64,000 nucleotides of DNA from Phoronis australis (Eukaryota > Animalia > Phoronida): contig NMRA01000402.1 of assembly GCA_002633005.1 (NCBI GenBank), positions 87,663 to 151,662 of the forward strand. Reading direction: 5' to 3'. A program made the translations under genes and the position numbers. Shown here in pieces: positions 44,304-59,300 of this stretch. Numbering within the stretch: position 1 is the first letter of the stretch; every line of letters starts with the position of its first letter. Under the pieces are notes generated by a model. It was not told where the DNA came from. It saw nothing but the letters and a program-made list of their open reading frames with translations, and did not search any database.

Positions 44304-47300
44304 GTTAAATCAGAAAGAATCAAAGTTATTGTATTGAGTTTGTGCTGTCTGTTACTTTACGATTTCAATAACTGCTTCAGCTTTCCGCCAATATATGATG
44401 GGTGAGCCTGAAGAAAGACTGTTACTCACTTGTTGGCCTATTTTAAAGCAACTGTGTTAACTTGCCTGGCATCACAAAATTGCATTTGATTGGAGTTGGA
44501 CCACTTGCCATTATATCAAATTGGAGGCGATTTTCAGGCTTTGAAAGTACTGACAGTTGAGACAAGGTTCTACAAGTTAGCGTATTCATTTATTCCCCAA
44601 GCATTGTCTCAAGGAATAACGAGCAGTAGCCAAGCCACTTCTGATCGAAGTAAGGAACAAGTTGAGACCAATTCTACAGCGATTTAAAATAGTATTATTG
44701 AATAAATTGTCCATGGGACAAAATGCAGGTTTGTAGACGATTTAACATCCAGTTGTACCATCCAAGTGTGTCATTTCACTATACATTATGACTGTATTTA
44801 GGGGAGACAACACCCTTTTATATACATGCAGTCACGCGTGTTTTATTTGGTCGGACATTGAAACTTTCATCTGAACTTGATGCTTTTTACAGGATATTCT
44901 TCAGAGAGTTGAACAAATTACATCACTGAGTCTGGTCGAGCTGCAATCCAAGTTGAATAGTGGCGAGCTTAAACCAGCTGAGTGTTTGTTGGCTTATCAA
45001 GCAAAGGTAACATATTGAAGTGAGGCTTATCACTGGCTTTATGTCGACAGAGTACCTTAAAGTATGTCTCGTTTTTGTCTACAACTCGTTGCAACCAACA
45101 TTTGCTGCAGTATCTGCCAAATGAGCTTGACAATAAATATGGCATGACAGCGTTTTGCCATTCAGTGACTTTACCAGGCATAGAGTTTTGTTAGCGTGTG
45201 ATAACATGTAGCATGGGACATGTTGAGTGAAGGTTGCATGTACAAGGCATGCCATAGAACAGTTTGGCTGTATTTATTTAGTTATTATTGAATAACCATA
45301 CACGTGCACGTCACAAGTACTGGCTGAACTCTCATATAAAATCTAAACAATTCGTGTGATTTCATAGCATGACTGAACGTAAGCAGGGGATCTTGAATTC
45401 GATTTTGTGGGTGGGAAGTGAGATCACAGGCGTCATAACTAACCAAAGAATTCACAGGGCTTTTGCGATGGTCATAAAGCACTGGCACCTTCATTTTGAC
45501 TTATTATCTTAACTGGCAAATGGAGGAACAGTGGTGTTACAACAACACACTCGTGTGTTATGTGCCAGTTTTTCAGTCTGTTCATGTCAAGAATTGTATG
45601 ATAGCACTTAGCTTACCTCAAAATCCAACTGTTTCCTCCTGGTTTGGTAATTGGTTTAAAATAGTCCCGGATTATTTCCATCATATAGTTTGATAAAAAT
45701 TTTTTGAATTATTGGATGAACAACGAATATGGAAAAATCAGTTTGGATAAGATGCAGGTTTAGGGAATGTTCAGGTTTTCTGCAAAAGCTTTCAACAGCA
45801 CAAGACAACTTTGACTTTAACCAGTCTAATAGAGGTGATATTTTTATTTTTTTTTTTAATTTACAATGGAAGAAATAAGTGTTAATGACACAATTGCACA
45901 TTTTGGTACACATGAAAAACAAACTGGAAGTCTTTTAGACCCGGCAGACATGAGTATCGAGTTGCAAATGAGAAAACGTCACTGTAATGGGATAACGAGA
46001 ATGTTCATTTTGACAATTTTATTTATTGATTCTATTCTGATTCAATGATTTCTCGTTCAGGCCATCAGAGAGGACGCCAAGTATAATTTTGTGACTGAGT
46101 ACATTCAAGAAGCCACGGTAAGTAAATGGGTACATAGCTTCAACACCTTCACCAACGGGTGCAACTGCAGTACTTATATTTATGAAATAACAAGTACGCT
46201 GTGTATTATTTTTGCAACTAAATCCACTGAAGAACATGTTAAAGAATTCATTTGGTGCTACTCATCTTTTGAAAAAATGAGATAACCAAATTTTGCTTAT
46301 CCACCGAATCGCGACCAAAATTGGTGTCGGAGCTTTTACCGCACATCACGTCACAAATTCAGCGTGGACCCAGTTGCATACGCTGCATAGCAACAATTAC
46401 GTCGCTTTATCACACGCCACGTTATTGTTAAATAATGCACCTGACGTCATGCAACAATCAAAGTTATCAAGCGGATAATTTTGAAGTTTTTTGCAACTCA
46501 GCCCTGGAGTACAAGAGGTTATTTCCAACAGTGGGAGTAAGCCACTAATGAAATGGAAAATCCGCTAGACTACATTACCATGCAGTTCATTATTTGTTTA
46601 TGCCACACATGAAGCCTTCGGGAAGAAAGTGATAAATAAATGCTATTTGATTGTCTCTTGTCGTGACCTGTAATCACGTTCTTTAGCCATCAGTTGGAAT
46701 ATAAGTGCCTTCCACACACAGACTTACCCTAGAACAAGTTTCTCCTGGAACGAGTTATGGCTAGGTTTGAGTGCTGTGTGGACGCTATTTAAACTAACTC
46801 AACTTACCCCACTTGTGACAACTTCACCTTATCGAGGTGGGGCAACTTGTTCTAGGGTAACTTGCGTGCGTGGCCGCAAAAGTGGGGTAGGTCGGAGGTA
46901 ATTATAAGTTGCAACCGCAGACATCTTTTCTTTTGCGCGTCATGCTCTCTTTCAATTTTATTGTCATGCACCGAGTGACAGCTTTCTAGTTATGTGATAT
47001 TTGTGTGGACGGTTCAATTCAAAGTGGAGTAAGTTGCACTAGTGCTAGTTGTTCTACAGTAGGCTGTGTGTGGACAAGACTATAAGGACTTTTTCACCCA
47101 CTACATGCACTCTCCAATTTCTATATTTTTGTTCAGTGTATTGTCTTAATATGTTAAACGTTTATTCTTTTATCAGGATGAGGCTCAACAGCTTGACCCC
47201 AACCAATCAAAAGGCCTTCTATACGGTGTGCCAGTTAGTGTGAAGGACATGTTCTTTGTCAAGGTTTGGCACTTGTGGATGAAATGGAATTTAGTTTAAG

Positions 47301-50300
47301 TTCAATATGTAAGACCCTCCAAAAAGGGCAATATTTGTCAAAGTTCAGAATGTCATATCTCAGAAATGGCAGATTGTATTCCTATGGAACTTTTAGATAC
47401 CTTGCTTTATGCACTGTTCTACTTTTGCATCAGGAGCTGTTAAACAGTAGGGTCTTTTATGATTATTATGAAAAAAAATGAAAAGTTGTAAAAAACAAAA
47501 ATGAAGTGATAATTTGGAAAACTGTAAAGGCGTTTTTAAGATTTCACATTGAACGACTATATCAACCAAAATTTGGTCACGTTATTGATACCTCTGTTTT
47601 ACTATGAATGCACCTCTATATGTTCTTACCAACTTAAAAGGCATTGTCACGTGACCCAGTTAAGAGCAGATTGGTATAAAGTCTAAAATCAAATTATACA
47701 CATCAGTCTTTCTACAGTACTTTCACTAAGTATCTACATTTACCAACAAATTTTAGATCTATAGCTTTGTAGATTTTTGGCGCAATACACCGACAAGTCT
47801 ACAATGATCTTCAATGGTTACGGTTATTACATTAAAACTCAGTGAATGTGTGGATATATTATGTGCTACCCAGTAGCTATTTTATTGGAAGAACTTAAAA
47901 CATTTAGATATTGTAAGCTGTGAAACAATGTCTGATGATTGACTCTGACACTAGTTTACAATAAGCTGTGTTTTACTGAGATGTTATAGGGTGTAGAGTC
48001 TCAACTATGTAGTGTTTAATATACTGGATTTCAAACATTACAAAGAAGTTTGAAAATTCAGATACAAATTCTCCAATTTGATTGACAGGGTTATGAGAGT
48101 TGCTGTGGAATGTCCAAGTACATTGGTGTCTTGTGGCCAGAAGACAGTGTGCTGGTGAAAGTGCTCAAGAAACAAGGTGCCATCCCCTTCATGAAAACAA
48201 ATGTGCCCCAGACCATGTATAGGTAGTAACTGTTTAGTTTGAACTAAACTAGCCTGGGTTATGACCTTGAGTATTTTTAAATTCTGATACTAGTCAAGAA
48301 GCACAGAGATGGAAGTCTCCAACCATGTGATTCCACAAGGTAGTTCAAATTTAATTGCCAGAATCATAAGTCCAAGTAGCCAGTTGTATGAAACAGTCCC
48401 AAATAGTGACTCGTAACTTTTTACCGCATTTGCTTACTCACAGAATGTTCTATTTTTCTGTCACTTTATCTTTATTACGAGGTACTTTTTTGCCTGTGTA
48501 ATTTTCTAATAATTATTGGAAGACTGAATCGTTATTTCATTGAAAATAAAGACTCAGTCTTTAAACTAGGGATGGTGCATGACACTGTTTCTATTTTTTC
48601 AGTTGATAATTCAGTGTACTCTGGACTTGGTTTAAGCTAAAAACTGGCTTGTTAGTGATGAATACAAAAAGTTCAATCAGTGTGCACAAGTTTACAAATA
48701 CGGTGAAAATTTAAGAAACGTAGACGAGTCCTTATTTGGGACTGTTCATGCGACCGGCCAAAGGTCCCCACCGGAAAAGAAAATGTGTAACCTTCAATAA
48801 TTATTGAAATGTAAAACATGGCATCAACAGAAAACTCTGAGACATGGAGTGATTTCAGTGCTCACCACAACCCTAGATCATACAGTAATACTTTATTTCC
48901 TTTCCATTTCACACGTACATTTAAAAATCGTCATAGAGTGTTTCCGAGTGTTTCAGAAGATATTTGCCGCTTTCAGTTTTGGCCTAGGTCTATGTGTCTT
49001 GCTATTCCATTCTGGAATATTTACAACTACTGTATGGTAAGGTTCCCATTGTTGAACATGTATATTAGATGTGCCTGCTTGTCTTCGGCCAGGGTTCGCA
49101 TTTCTTGCATAAGGAACGATTGTGCAAAGCTGTATGGTTTGTATTAAAGTAAAAGAAGTGGAAGTTCAACATGTGTGCCAAAGGCATTCTGTGCATGATT
49201 GGACTTGCGACAAAGCATTAGTTTTTCCTCCTGTTATTAGAGCGACTTTGAATCATAGGGTTAATTTTGTCCATGGCTCAGGATTGGTAGACGACTGTTT
49301 TGGCTGACTTGGTTGCCGCGCCACCTCTTGGATTAGTTTCTGAAAATTCATCATTGGTGAAATCAAGAGGTTGTTTTGGAACTGATAATTCGGCAGTAAT
49401 TATGAATTCAGATACTGTGGAATGTTTATTAATATTTTGTCACTGGAAATTGAATTATCGTGTGCATTATTTTTTGTTAGTTTTGCGTGTGACAACCCCA
49501 TTTACGGACAGACCAAAAACCCATGCAATCCGGCCTTCTCACCAGGGGGCTCCACTGGAGGAGAAGCTGCAGCTCTAGCTGCCAAAGCAACAATCTTGGG
49601 CTTTGGCAGCGACATTGGGGGAAGTTGTCGTATCCCAGCATGCTACTGTGGTGTCTGCGGTCTGAAGTGCTCCGCGAATCGAATCAGGTAAAACCAGTAA
49701 CTCTTCTATTAGAAATTTGCAAGTTGCATGGTTTTAATTTACAAGTAGTTTGGTTATCATTGAAAAGAATTTGACATTCCCTTGTTACTCATTGGCTAAA
49801 ACACAAATTGGAAACCGAAACAAGGGATGTTCTATCACATTTTCCGATGTAGCCCAGTCCATCTGTGCACTAACTGTCGCGAATAAGTAAACAAGAGTAT
49901 GAATGAGAAACGGTCAGTACTGACCAAGGGTTCCACTCCTTCCATGTCAATTTCCTGTCATGCTACCTGGTCTTTTTTCTATAACCACTTCCATTACAAT
50001 TTATTATTAGTTTCATTTCGAAATATAAATCTTGACAACATCGAATTTTGGCAATCTTTTTAATCATGTGAGTTGACTAATATCCACTCTGTTTGAATGT
50101 GGAGTGTGTGATGGAATCCTACTGGGTTATTTTCAACCAGGACAAAGTGTTGTGTGTACTTAAAATTTTCTCAATTTCAGTAAAAAGGGTGTGCTGCCTT
50201 TTTACGCTGGGAATACAGCGAGTAAGTGAGAAATGTCTCCATATATTTTACCTGATGCATCATTTTACTTTCTGTCTGTAGCTGAGTAGTGCTGGCTTGC

Positions 50301-53300
50301 AGTGTTAGAAAATATGAAAATTCTCTAATCAGGTTAAATTTTGCCCAGCTCAGCCATGACAAGTGCAGTAGACATTTCTATTTTGTCCAAAATTAATGGT
50401 ACTGAGAAGTTTTTATACAATAATGTAGTTAAACAGATGAGATTCTTTAGTCCTGTCGAAATATAATTCATGCCTTGATTTCCAAAATTCATTTAGTCCT
50501 GACCAGTGTCTGAGCATCGTCTTCCACAAATTGGTGTACAGTAACTGTTGGTTTTCAAATGCCTACTGTAACAGTAAAGTAAAGAAAAATCAAGCGCGCA
50601 AATGTCATGCTCATTTACACTCAAGCTTGACAAGACCTTAGGCAGATCAAATTATGTTTACATCTGCTAAACTTAGAACCTAAATGCCTCCAATCTTTCC
50701 TTTTTGGACATCACTACTAATTTCTGTCATATGTGCTCATCCGTAAGAAGATGATACCCGGCACTTGTGATGTCCCATGGTAGACCTGCGGAATTTCTGT
50801 GGATACGACTATTAATGATAGAAATCAGATGTTACCAACATGAGCACTGAGAAGCCGTTGCATAGCATTGTTAATAGTTCATGTATCGGCCAGGTGCAGC
50901 TTTCGCTTACTAATAGTACCCCCAGGCTCTCTTGCTCTCCTTCAGTTGCTACACTCTTTTACACTGCTGCCACATTCTGTTCCACTGTGTGTTGCTCATA
51001 CAACATGCACACCTGCCACACAACCTACAGTATTTTGTTTTCTTGTTTTTTTATCCCCAGCATCTGTTAAGCGCTGACTAAGATAACAGAGTGTGACATG
51101 ATATTTCAACCATTCGGCAACCTTCATGTCAAAGCACGGAAATATGAATTGATATAATTAAGAAAACCAGTTCTTGGCTAATTATTAGACTTCAAATGTT
51201 ACTTTAGTCAAAAAATCTTGAGGGAGTATTTAAATGGTCATGATTTTAGATTTAAATCTTGATGGATTTCCTAAGCAATGTTTTCTTCTAGGAGAATGAG
51301 GAATTGAAAAAGGGCATCCATGTATTACTGCTATAACTAATAGCGAAATATCAAAGAGACACTTGCTGTTTTTTCCAGTTAAGTCTTGCTTGGGACCTCT
51401 GGCGAGGGATGTCGACAGTCTTGTGATTGGCCTGAAAGCTGTTCTTGTCCCATATATGTTCAAGTTGGATCCTGATGTTGTGCCGTTGCCTTTTCGAGAT
51501 GAGGTCTGTTGCGATTTGCTGTCACCAGCGGTGAAACTGTGATCATCATCCTCATCTTTGTCATCATCACAATTGTCTGGGTCATTAGTGGTATCATCAT
51601 CATCATTCACCACGACAGCAGTTTTCATAAAAAGTTGTCAAAATTCTTTGAAATTTGACTTGTGAAAATGGTGAAACCTGTGTGAAGGAACATTATTGTT
51701 CAGTCATTCGATGGAAACCAAAATTATACAGTTAGACGAACTTACCTTAAGTGAAGGATGACTGTAATTTTATGTATCCCCAGAATTCCCCCAGAGTGCT
51801 AACATGAGATACGGACATGCGCAAAGCGAACCATTCTTTAAAGCTCTTCTGTGATCAAGAGAGTGCTAACAGGGTGGGATGTGGAGGGCATGTTAGCACT
51901 CTGGGGGAATTCTGGGGATACATAAAATTACAGTCATCCTTCACTTAAGGTAAGTTCGTCTAACTGTATAATTNTTCCAAGATGATTATATAGGATAAGA
52001 AGAAAATGCTCAGTAGCAAAGAGTTATGCAATTGAGCGTGGTCGCGGTGTAACTTGCGCGAAAAAACCTTCCAAAGGAAAAACACGTCTTCCTCCAGAAG
52101 ATAAGTCCGTGGAATGGTTCGCTTTGCGCATGTCCGTATCTCATGGTAGTACTCGGGGGAATTCTGGGAGGAATAAAATCAGTAATTTTTGCTCTAAAGT
52201 TTCTACGAGTTTCAGGATGAGGTCTGTATTTAGTGACATCACTGTTCACACTTTAAAGTATCATCACCGTTTTTTGTTTAAATCATTATCAGCTTCAACG
52301 TCACCACAGTAACAGTTTGCAAAGTGAATTAAACTGACTTCGACAGAACTCTGTCAGACTGCCAGACTTGGAAGATAAACTTTTACGTTGCAACAAAATA
52401 ATGTTTTTGTCAAGTTTTTGTCGGATTTGAACATATGTTGCGCCTAGCCACTTATTGTTCATGTAATGTACTTGCGCAGTAAGTTCTGTTCATGGCACTG
52501 TGGGTGGAGCAGAACCTTTTGAGGTTTAGCCAGATGGAAACAGATTGTTGTAAAAAGGGAATATTGTTTAGTTGCAACTCTGTGCCAAAACTTTGCCAAA
52601 TTTGTACGCTGTCCAGTTTATTTTGGAAACTTTATTTCCAAGAAAGTTGACAAAATTTGTCTGTCTCCGTTGGCTTTATGGTGAAAATCGCTAAGAAACC
52701 TGAAAAATTGCTTAATCATTTAATAAGAATTAGTCCGATGATTTTAAAAGACACGAAAATGCAATAATAAGGAGCCCAGTCCAGGTAAAAATTGACTGTG
52801 TGATGAGCATCATCTTATGGTTAGAGTTTGCTAATGCGACTGCAGTATCCCACTGAATTCAGTTCAGCTGCTGGGATGCTTGGCCAACTATGTACATTGT
52901 AATTCTTAAGAGCAGCTCATCAATAGGTCGCAACACTATATGTGCCTGTTGACTATTGTGTTGTCAGGGAATGAGTAATGTGAAATTTGCACTTCAGTTC
53001 ACAAGTTTTGTTGAGTTTTGGCTTGAGTTTTCACCTGTGCTAGGTCCATCTTGTTTTTCAAACTGTCCCTTCGTTATACCTGTTCTCTTGGTAATTACGG
53101 TTTGACAAATTTGTTGCTCAGAAGTTTTAAAATAAAATAAACTAGACAGACTTCAACAGAACTCAACCAGACTCTACTGAACTTGGTTAAACTTCTCATT
53201 TGAGTTATTTGGCAGTTTTATGAGGTATTATTGCAACTAGCCAAGAATTGTCTATGAACGGACTTAAATCATAAGCCAAGAATTGTCTACTTAAATCATA

Positions 53301-56300
53301 AGCTGTCGCATTCAACGATGTGGCTGGAGAAATACTTATCAAGATTTTGTTGAGATTTAGCCAGAATTGAAACATTTTCTGGCAGAAAACAAATGGATAA
53401 ATTATTTAGTCGCAGTTTTGTGCACCAAAACTTTATTGACATTCGACGTAGTCCAATATATTGTGAAAATGAATAAATGTACAGTTGGTCTGAACAAGAG
53501 ATGTGTGTTACGGAGTATTTTATCAAATCCCAAGTTTCTCTACAGATCTACGACAGTCAGAAGCCATTGAAGATTGGTTACTTTGTGGACTGTGGCTTGT
53601 TTCCCATCTGCCCAGCCTCACAGCGAGCTGTCATGTTGGCCAAGCAGTCACTAGAGAGACTCGGTCATGAGGTAGGGATTATCTCATTGGCGGAGGGTGT
53701 TGTCATTTGTGTTATGTCAGCCAACAGTCACTAGGGAGACTCAGCCTAGCGGCACGGATTAACTCACCGACAGGGTACCTGAGGATTCACTGAAGACACT
53801 CCATCTCGTGAACTCAGTGGTAACTAAGGATGTACTGCTGGAGAATGTTTTTATGATTGTCAAAATAATACAATGCTGGGGTAAAGTGTGACGAATTGAA
53901 GTAATTGCTTAATCTACTTTTTTTCTTTTTTCATACCAGATATCTTGTTACCAAAGTCTGGACTCTTATCTTTTTACTCGAAATCAAAGTTTAAGTATTG
54001 TTTGCATTTTTCTATCTAATTTGGTACAAACTAAGGGTAAGTGTCTGTTATTCTGTATTTGAGTACATTATTTTATAGTTTACGTGGATGACTGTGTAAT
54101 CCTATTTTGCTGCATTAAAGCTTCATGTATTTGTTCCAGTCTGAACGTTGTTTTGCCAAATTATGATAACTCCATTTAGTGTCTTTCAAGAATTTTTTGT
54201 GTGTCCACATATTTATGTGTGGTCACATAGTGCAGTCATCCCTGTCTGCCTGTCTGTCTGGCATCCACTGCTGTATCTATGAACGCCTTCGATGTACGTT
54301 CACGAAATTTTGCAGATAACTTTCTTGCAAGGATGAGATGTCATGAGGAAATTTTCAGACAAATCTGTCCACCGATACGCCCCCTAATAGCAATTTTATT
54401 TTTTACATTTATCTCTCTGCATCATCACAGTTCCTTAATGCACTTTCATAAAATTTGGCAAATAGGGTTATATTAATGAGATCACAACGTCCTCCTTTCC
54501 ATTTTTGGATGTATTTGACGTGATATTTTGTGCCACTTAGTGGTCATTTTTAGTAACTGTTTCCGAGGCTGTTTTTTAGCGTCCACCCCAGGGCCTGTAT
54601 CAACTATAGCATTGTAAGGATGATTATGAAAATTGTCATTGATATTATGTTCCTATTGTGAAGAGGATGGCTGACGATGAATTTCGGACAGCTCTGACTC
54701 CTTTGACGCCACACTTTGTTTTTTGTGTCCATGACTGTATAATGTATCTTCGAAGTCCTTGACATATTTTTATGAAATTGGACAAATTGGTTTCTGTTAA
54801 AAGAGGCAATGACTCCTTCCTGTTTCCAGGTGGATTTGACATAGTGTACGCCTCTTAGTGGTCATCAATTTAGTTTTGAGTTTTTTTTGTTGACAATCAT
54901 CTCTCTATTGGCCAAGCTACTCTAAGAATCGTTAAGAGAATTGCTATGCGTTCTCTCTGGGAACTTCATGGCTGACAATGATCTTTGGACATTTTTCTAG
55001 TGTAGCACCCCCTAGTGGTAGTTCTGATTTTTTTCGCATCTACAGCTGTTTCTCCTAAACCCTTGCAAGTCTTTGAAGTGGATTTTTTTTCAAGTTTATT
55101 TCTATGAACGTGGCAATCCTTGACAACATTTTAATTATCTGACTACCACTGTGCCCTCTGGTGTCGGTTTTAATTCTTTCCGGTCTTAACAGGTGTCTTT
55201 CTATTGAGGAGAGCATTGCCCACTTGCGATGCACTCCCTAGAGGCTGTTTTAAGCTTACTAGCATTTGACCCGTCCTTAAGTGCAGATGTTTGATTGTAA
55301 TCTTCTCTGCGCTATATGCAATGCACAAGATGGACGCATATCAACACTTTGCTCTTGTTTAGTTCACTGGACAAGTGACATTTCTCCCATGGGTCATTGT
55401 TAGGTTTCTTCAATAGAGCCATGTAACAATACGAATGACCGGGGCCTAAGGAAGTGCGTTTTGACATAGCTTATCCATACCTAATGGTATATTAAATGTC
55501 GTAAAACTTTTAACACTTAGTTGAATGACATCAATGAAAAGAGTTGGTTTTAGTGAACAGTAATTGAATTTAAACCACTCCTTTGTTTGGTTATTGACAG
55601 ATGACTGAGTGTGTGAGTTAACTAGCCAGTGAAAGTAAACATTTATTAGTTAAAACAATAGTAGTTGCCATCTATTTGTGCTTATGCAGATCAATTCAAA
55701 ATATAGTACAATGGGCTTTTTGGCAAGTGATAACTCGACAGGTAGTTTGGTATCCAAATTAAACCATCAAGAATTTGCTATTGACATAAAATTCTAGAAA
55801 TAGTCCATGGGCCATTACAACTGAGGACAACTCGCATGGGTTGTTCAAATATTACATGGGAGAATGCACCATCCCATGGTAAAAATGTTGTTTGGCCCAG
55901 GGGACATGGGTTTTTAAAAGCTAGTAACGAGCCTAGTAGAAAGGTTATTTTGCCAATTTTTATTCTAAAATCACAAATCTATCCATTGCACCCACCTTGA
56001 ATCAGGCCAAAAATCTTTGAGAAATCTCATATCTGAGAAATGTTAATAGTAATTGGAGGACCTGAGTATTATTTGAATAAATACGATTTTTAATGTGATT
56101 TATTATTTTCAGGTGGTACTGTGGGAACCCAAGGACTTTTTTCTAGCCACGGCAAAGTTTTGGACAAGTCGTATGTTTGCTGACCAAGGAGCGGAATATG
56201 TGGAGACGTTGTGAGCGAAATTAGAATCATAACTGTAACCGTGGTTATACGTATTCTAGTAGCATGAGTCTTCTCGTGCAAGATTATGAGCTTTAATTGA

Positions 56301-59300
56301 TGATTTGACTCAAGTTTTCTCTCAGGACTACGTTAAATCATTTCTTGTTGTGACTGGTCATTTCTGATGAGGAATCAAGCACTGTCTTGGGGTACTTGAA
56401 GTCTGCGATAGTCTTAGATTGGGTTACTTGATTTCTTAAAGGTTTGTAAACTTAAATGCCCGGTTGTCAGGTTCAAAATTTACATTCAGTTTATAAACTT
56501 ATCTGAAAAAGATTTATTAATGCTGAGTTTTTAGCTTAATAAGTGAATTAGTGTTACAGCATTTTCCTTATGGAAGACTACTAAATTTAGGCCGTATGAC
56601 TGTACAGTACCTTTCAAAATTACAACGTAGAAAATAAATCTGAAACTAAATAAGGCGATCCAGATCCTCCCAAGGATACTATTGTTTCATGAAATGTAGA
56701 ATATAAATAGGTATTAAAATAAAACAACAAGTAACCCAATGTAAGACTTCGCAGATTTCAAGTACCCCAAGACAGTGCTTGATTCCTTCTAGATAAAATA
56801 ATACATAAAAAACATTTCTGATACTATAGGTAATCAGTTCAGTTCCAAAAATCATAGTGTTCAAGATATTTCTGTACAAATAATAGAAAAACTCCAAAAC
56901 CCAAGTACCCCTCACAGACTCAAGAACAATATTGGATAGACAAGCTCAATACACTAGAACCTCATGGATTAAACATAAAAACTTATCAAATTATATCATT
57001 GAATTTTTTCCGCAAAAATGTATCATATTCATTACGCCACATCTTAAATGTCAATTGTCATATAGTGTTTGTTTTTACTTTATTTCTGTTTCTGTTTCTG
57101 TTGACGAAGGACATTATTATATCCGAAAATTTCAGTTGATCCATTCTTGTTGTTTTATTTACCTATTTATATTCAAATTTACAGACGTGTTTGCAGTAAC
57201 ACTCCCTTTATTGATGAAATCTAAAGATAAGAAATATTTTCCAGGCAGGTTTTCATTGTTAGTTTGTAAAACGTCGTAGTGCCTGAACTCTAATTGCCAT
57301 GTAATTACGAGAGATTTTTTTATTTGTGGAAACTAAGGCTTAGTCTTTGAGATTACGTTTGACTCATGACTCATTGGGTAAGTTCTGGTGTAGTAGGACA
57401 CGACTAAAGTGGTTTAAATCGAAACTTATTCGTTGGCAGAAAGTGTTTGTAACAGCTTTAAACATTCTTGGTAGGTGATTGTTTGATCGACTCTTTCTCA
57501 ACCAAAGTGGTGTTCACGAGAAGTTTTATTTTGAGAATTTGGGTGGATATTTTTGTTTGTGACCATTCATGTACAGAACTTATACTTTGACATCCTCTTT
57601 GCAGGAAATACGACAAAATCGCCCCATGCATCAAATTGCTGTATCGTTTTCTGTCGATGCCGAGTTTGATGAAGAAGCTCTTGCCCTGGCTCATCAAAGC
57701 ATTTGTATGTAGCCTACCTCACTTGGCATAAATTATACTTAATTTAATGAGATTACTTGACTTGTGCATCTATTATTTTGTGCTCTAGTTCATTGTTGTT
57801 TAAGCGGGTGCATATTTAGTCCAAGTTACCACCTGATGAACCCTAAATCAGGGCTTGGAATTTTCCGCGGAAACGCGGATTACAGCTTTTTTCAAATGTT
57901 CTGTCCACGCATTTTATTATATTTCCGCGTAAAAAAAAACGGATTTGATGTAAAATTTCCGCGGCAAATTCCTTTCTTACCGAGGCTTTGCCGACGACGT
58001 TCACCTCGAAAAGCGGAAGTTGCTCTTTATGTTTCGGAGGAACGTGAATTGTCAACATTGCCGGGACATCTGGGATAGCGTGGTGGGATTTTCAATGGCG
58101 TCTCATGTGATTGTAAACCGCGGTGACAAATACTACAGCTCTGCAGCCAAAAATGTTTGGGGGTGGGAGTGGAGGAGTGGATGAACGAGATAAAAAGACG
58201 CAGACGCATGCCACTGATGGTGGTAACGTTTTTTTTCTTTTAGTCCTACCGATTTTTGTCGGCGAAAGGTTCACATCGGCTATTTCAAGGCTGGGTAGCG
58301 CGCATGTTTTGGGCCGTAAAAGTTTCCGCGTTTTTTGTCATTGGTCATTCCAAGCCCTGCTAATTCTATGCTACAAATTCGAGTAAAAACTTGAAATTTT
58401 GAGTAGCATTTCGAAATTTCGAATTCAGACTTGGACTTCAAGCTTTATTGCTGGAGTTAGCGAGTGCAAACTGTTATACAGTCATCCATAGTAATGAGTG
58501 CAGAACGATAGACAGTTATCTTGAGCTTGTGTTGCCAGTAGAACAGAGAAAGTCAAAAATAGTTTTGAATTAGGTTAGACCTCGTGCCCAGGGGTCATTA
58601 TCTGGCCTCACTGTCATGCTTTAATGCTGTGGAGAGAAGTTTAGAGTGAGTCCGTTGTTTAGTTAATGCCCTTTTCTGGTCAACAGAGCCTTTAGGTTCA
58701 TGAGCGCTCCCTGGCTGTTGTTTTTCTCAATATTTAAGGCTGTTGAATTTCACGGTATTGTTGTAACTTCTTCGAGACCATCCTGCCATCGAATTGCTAC
58801 AGTGTGCTGTAAAGTAATCAAGTGATACGTGCAATGAGACCTGGCGTAAAATGTTATCTTTGTGTGAAACAATGACTTAGAACTACCCACAACTGTCATT
58901 CTTTTTTCAGGATTCTACCAGCGCAAATGTTCTTAAGGGTCTGTGTGGATTTCAGTAAGACTTTTTAAGATTTTTAGTAATCATCAATTCTTGAAAGTAC
59001 AGTGTACCATTTGGAAACTATTGATCAGGAGCACTGCTCTGTACTGGTTTTGCATAGATGAGAAGAGCACTTTGTGTACTGGTGATGGCACCAATAGAAA
59101 TGTGTCTTGTCTCAATTTTTATGCAACATGGTCTGTTTTGTGCTGGTTAGTCATTAGGGTGTTATGTTGACCCTAACTTGTTGGATTTGATAGCAAAGGA
59201 TCAGGTTGTCCACTTGACTGGTGTAGCCAGTATCTTACACTCTTGATTAACTCCATCATCATATCAAAGTTGGAGGGCCAGCTCTCTTTTGCCCGATAAT

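Noticed and set aside
44490-44760. Possible LINE RT remnants (SFIPQA; RFVDDLT)
   Set aside because: The two short motifs are in the wrong order for one ORF2, with too little context to support a call.
51230-51628. 132-aa acidic minus-strand ORF
   Set aside because: It is antisense to a FAAH exon, and the Asp run comes from a (TCA)n microsatellite.
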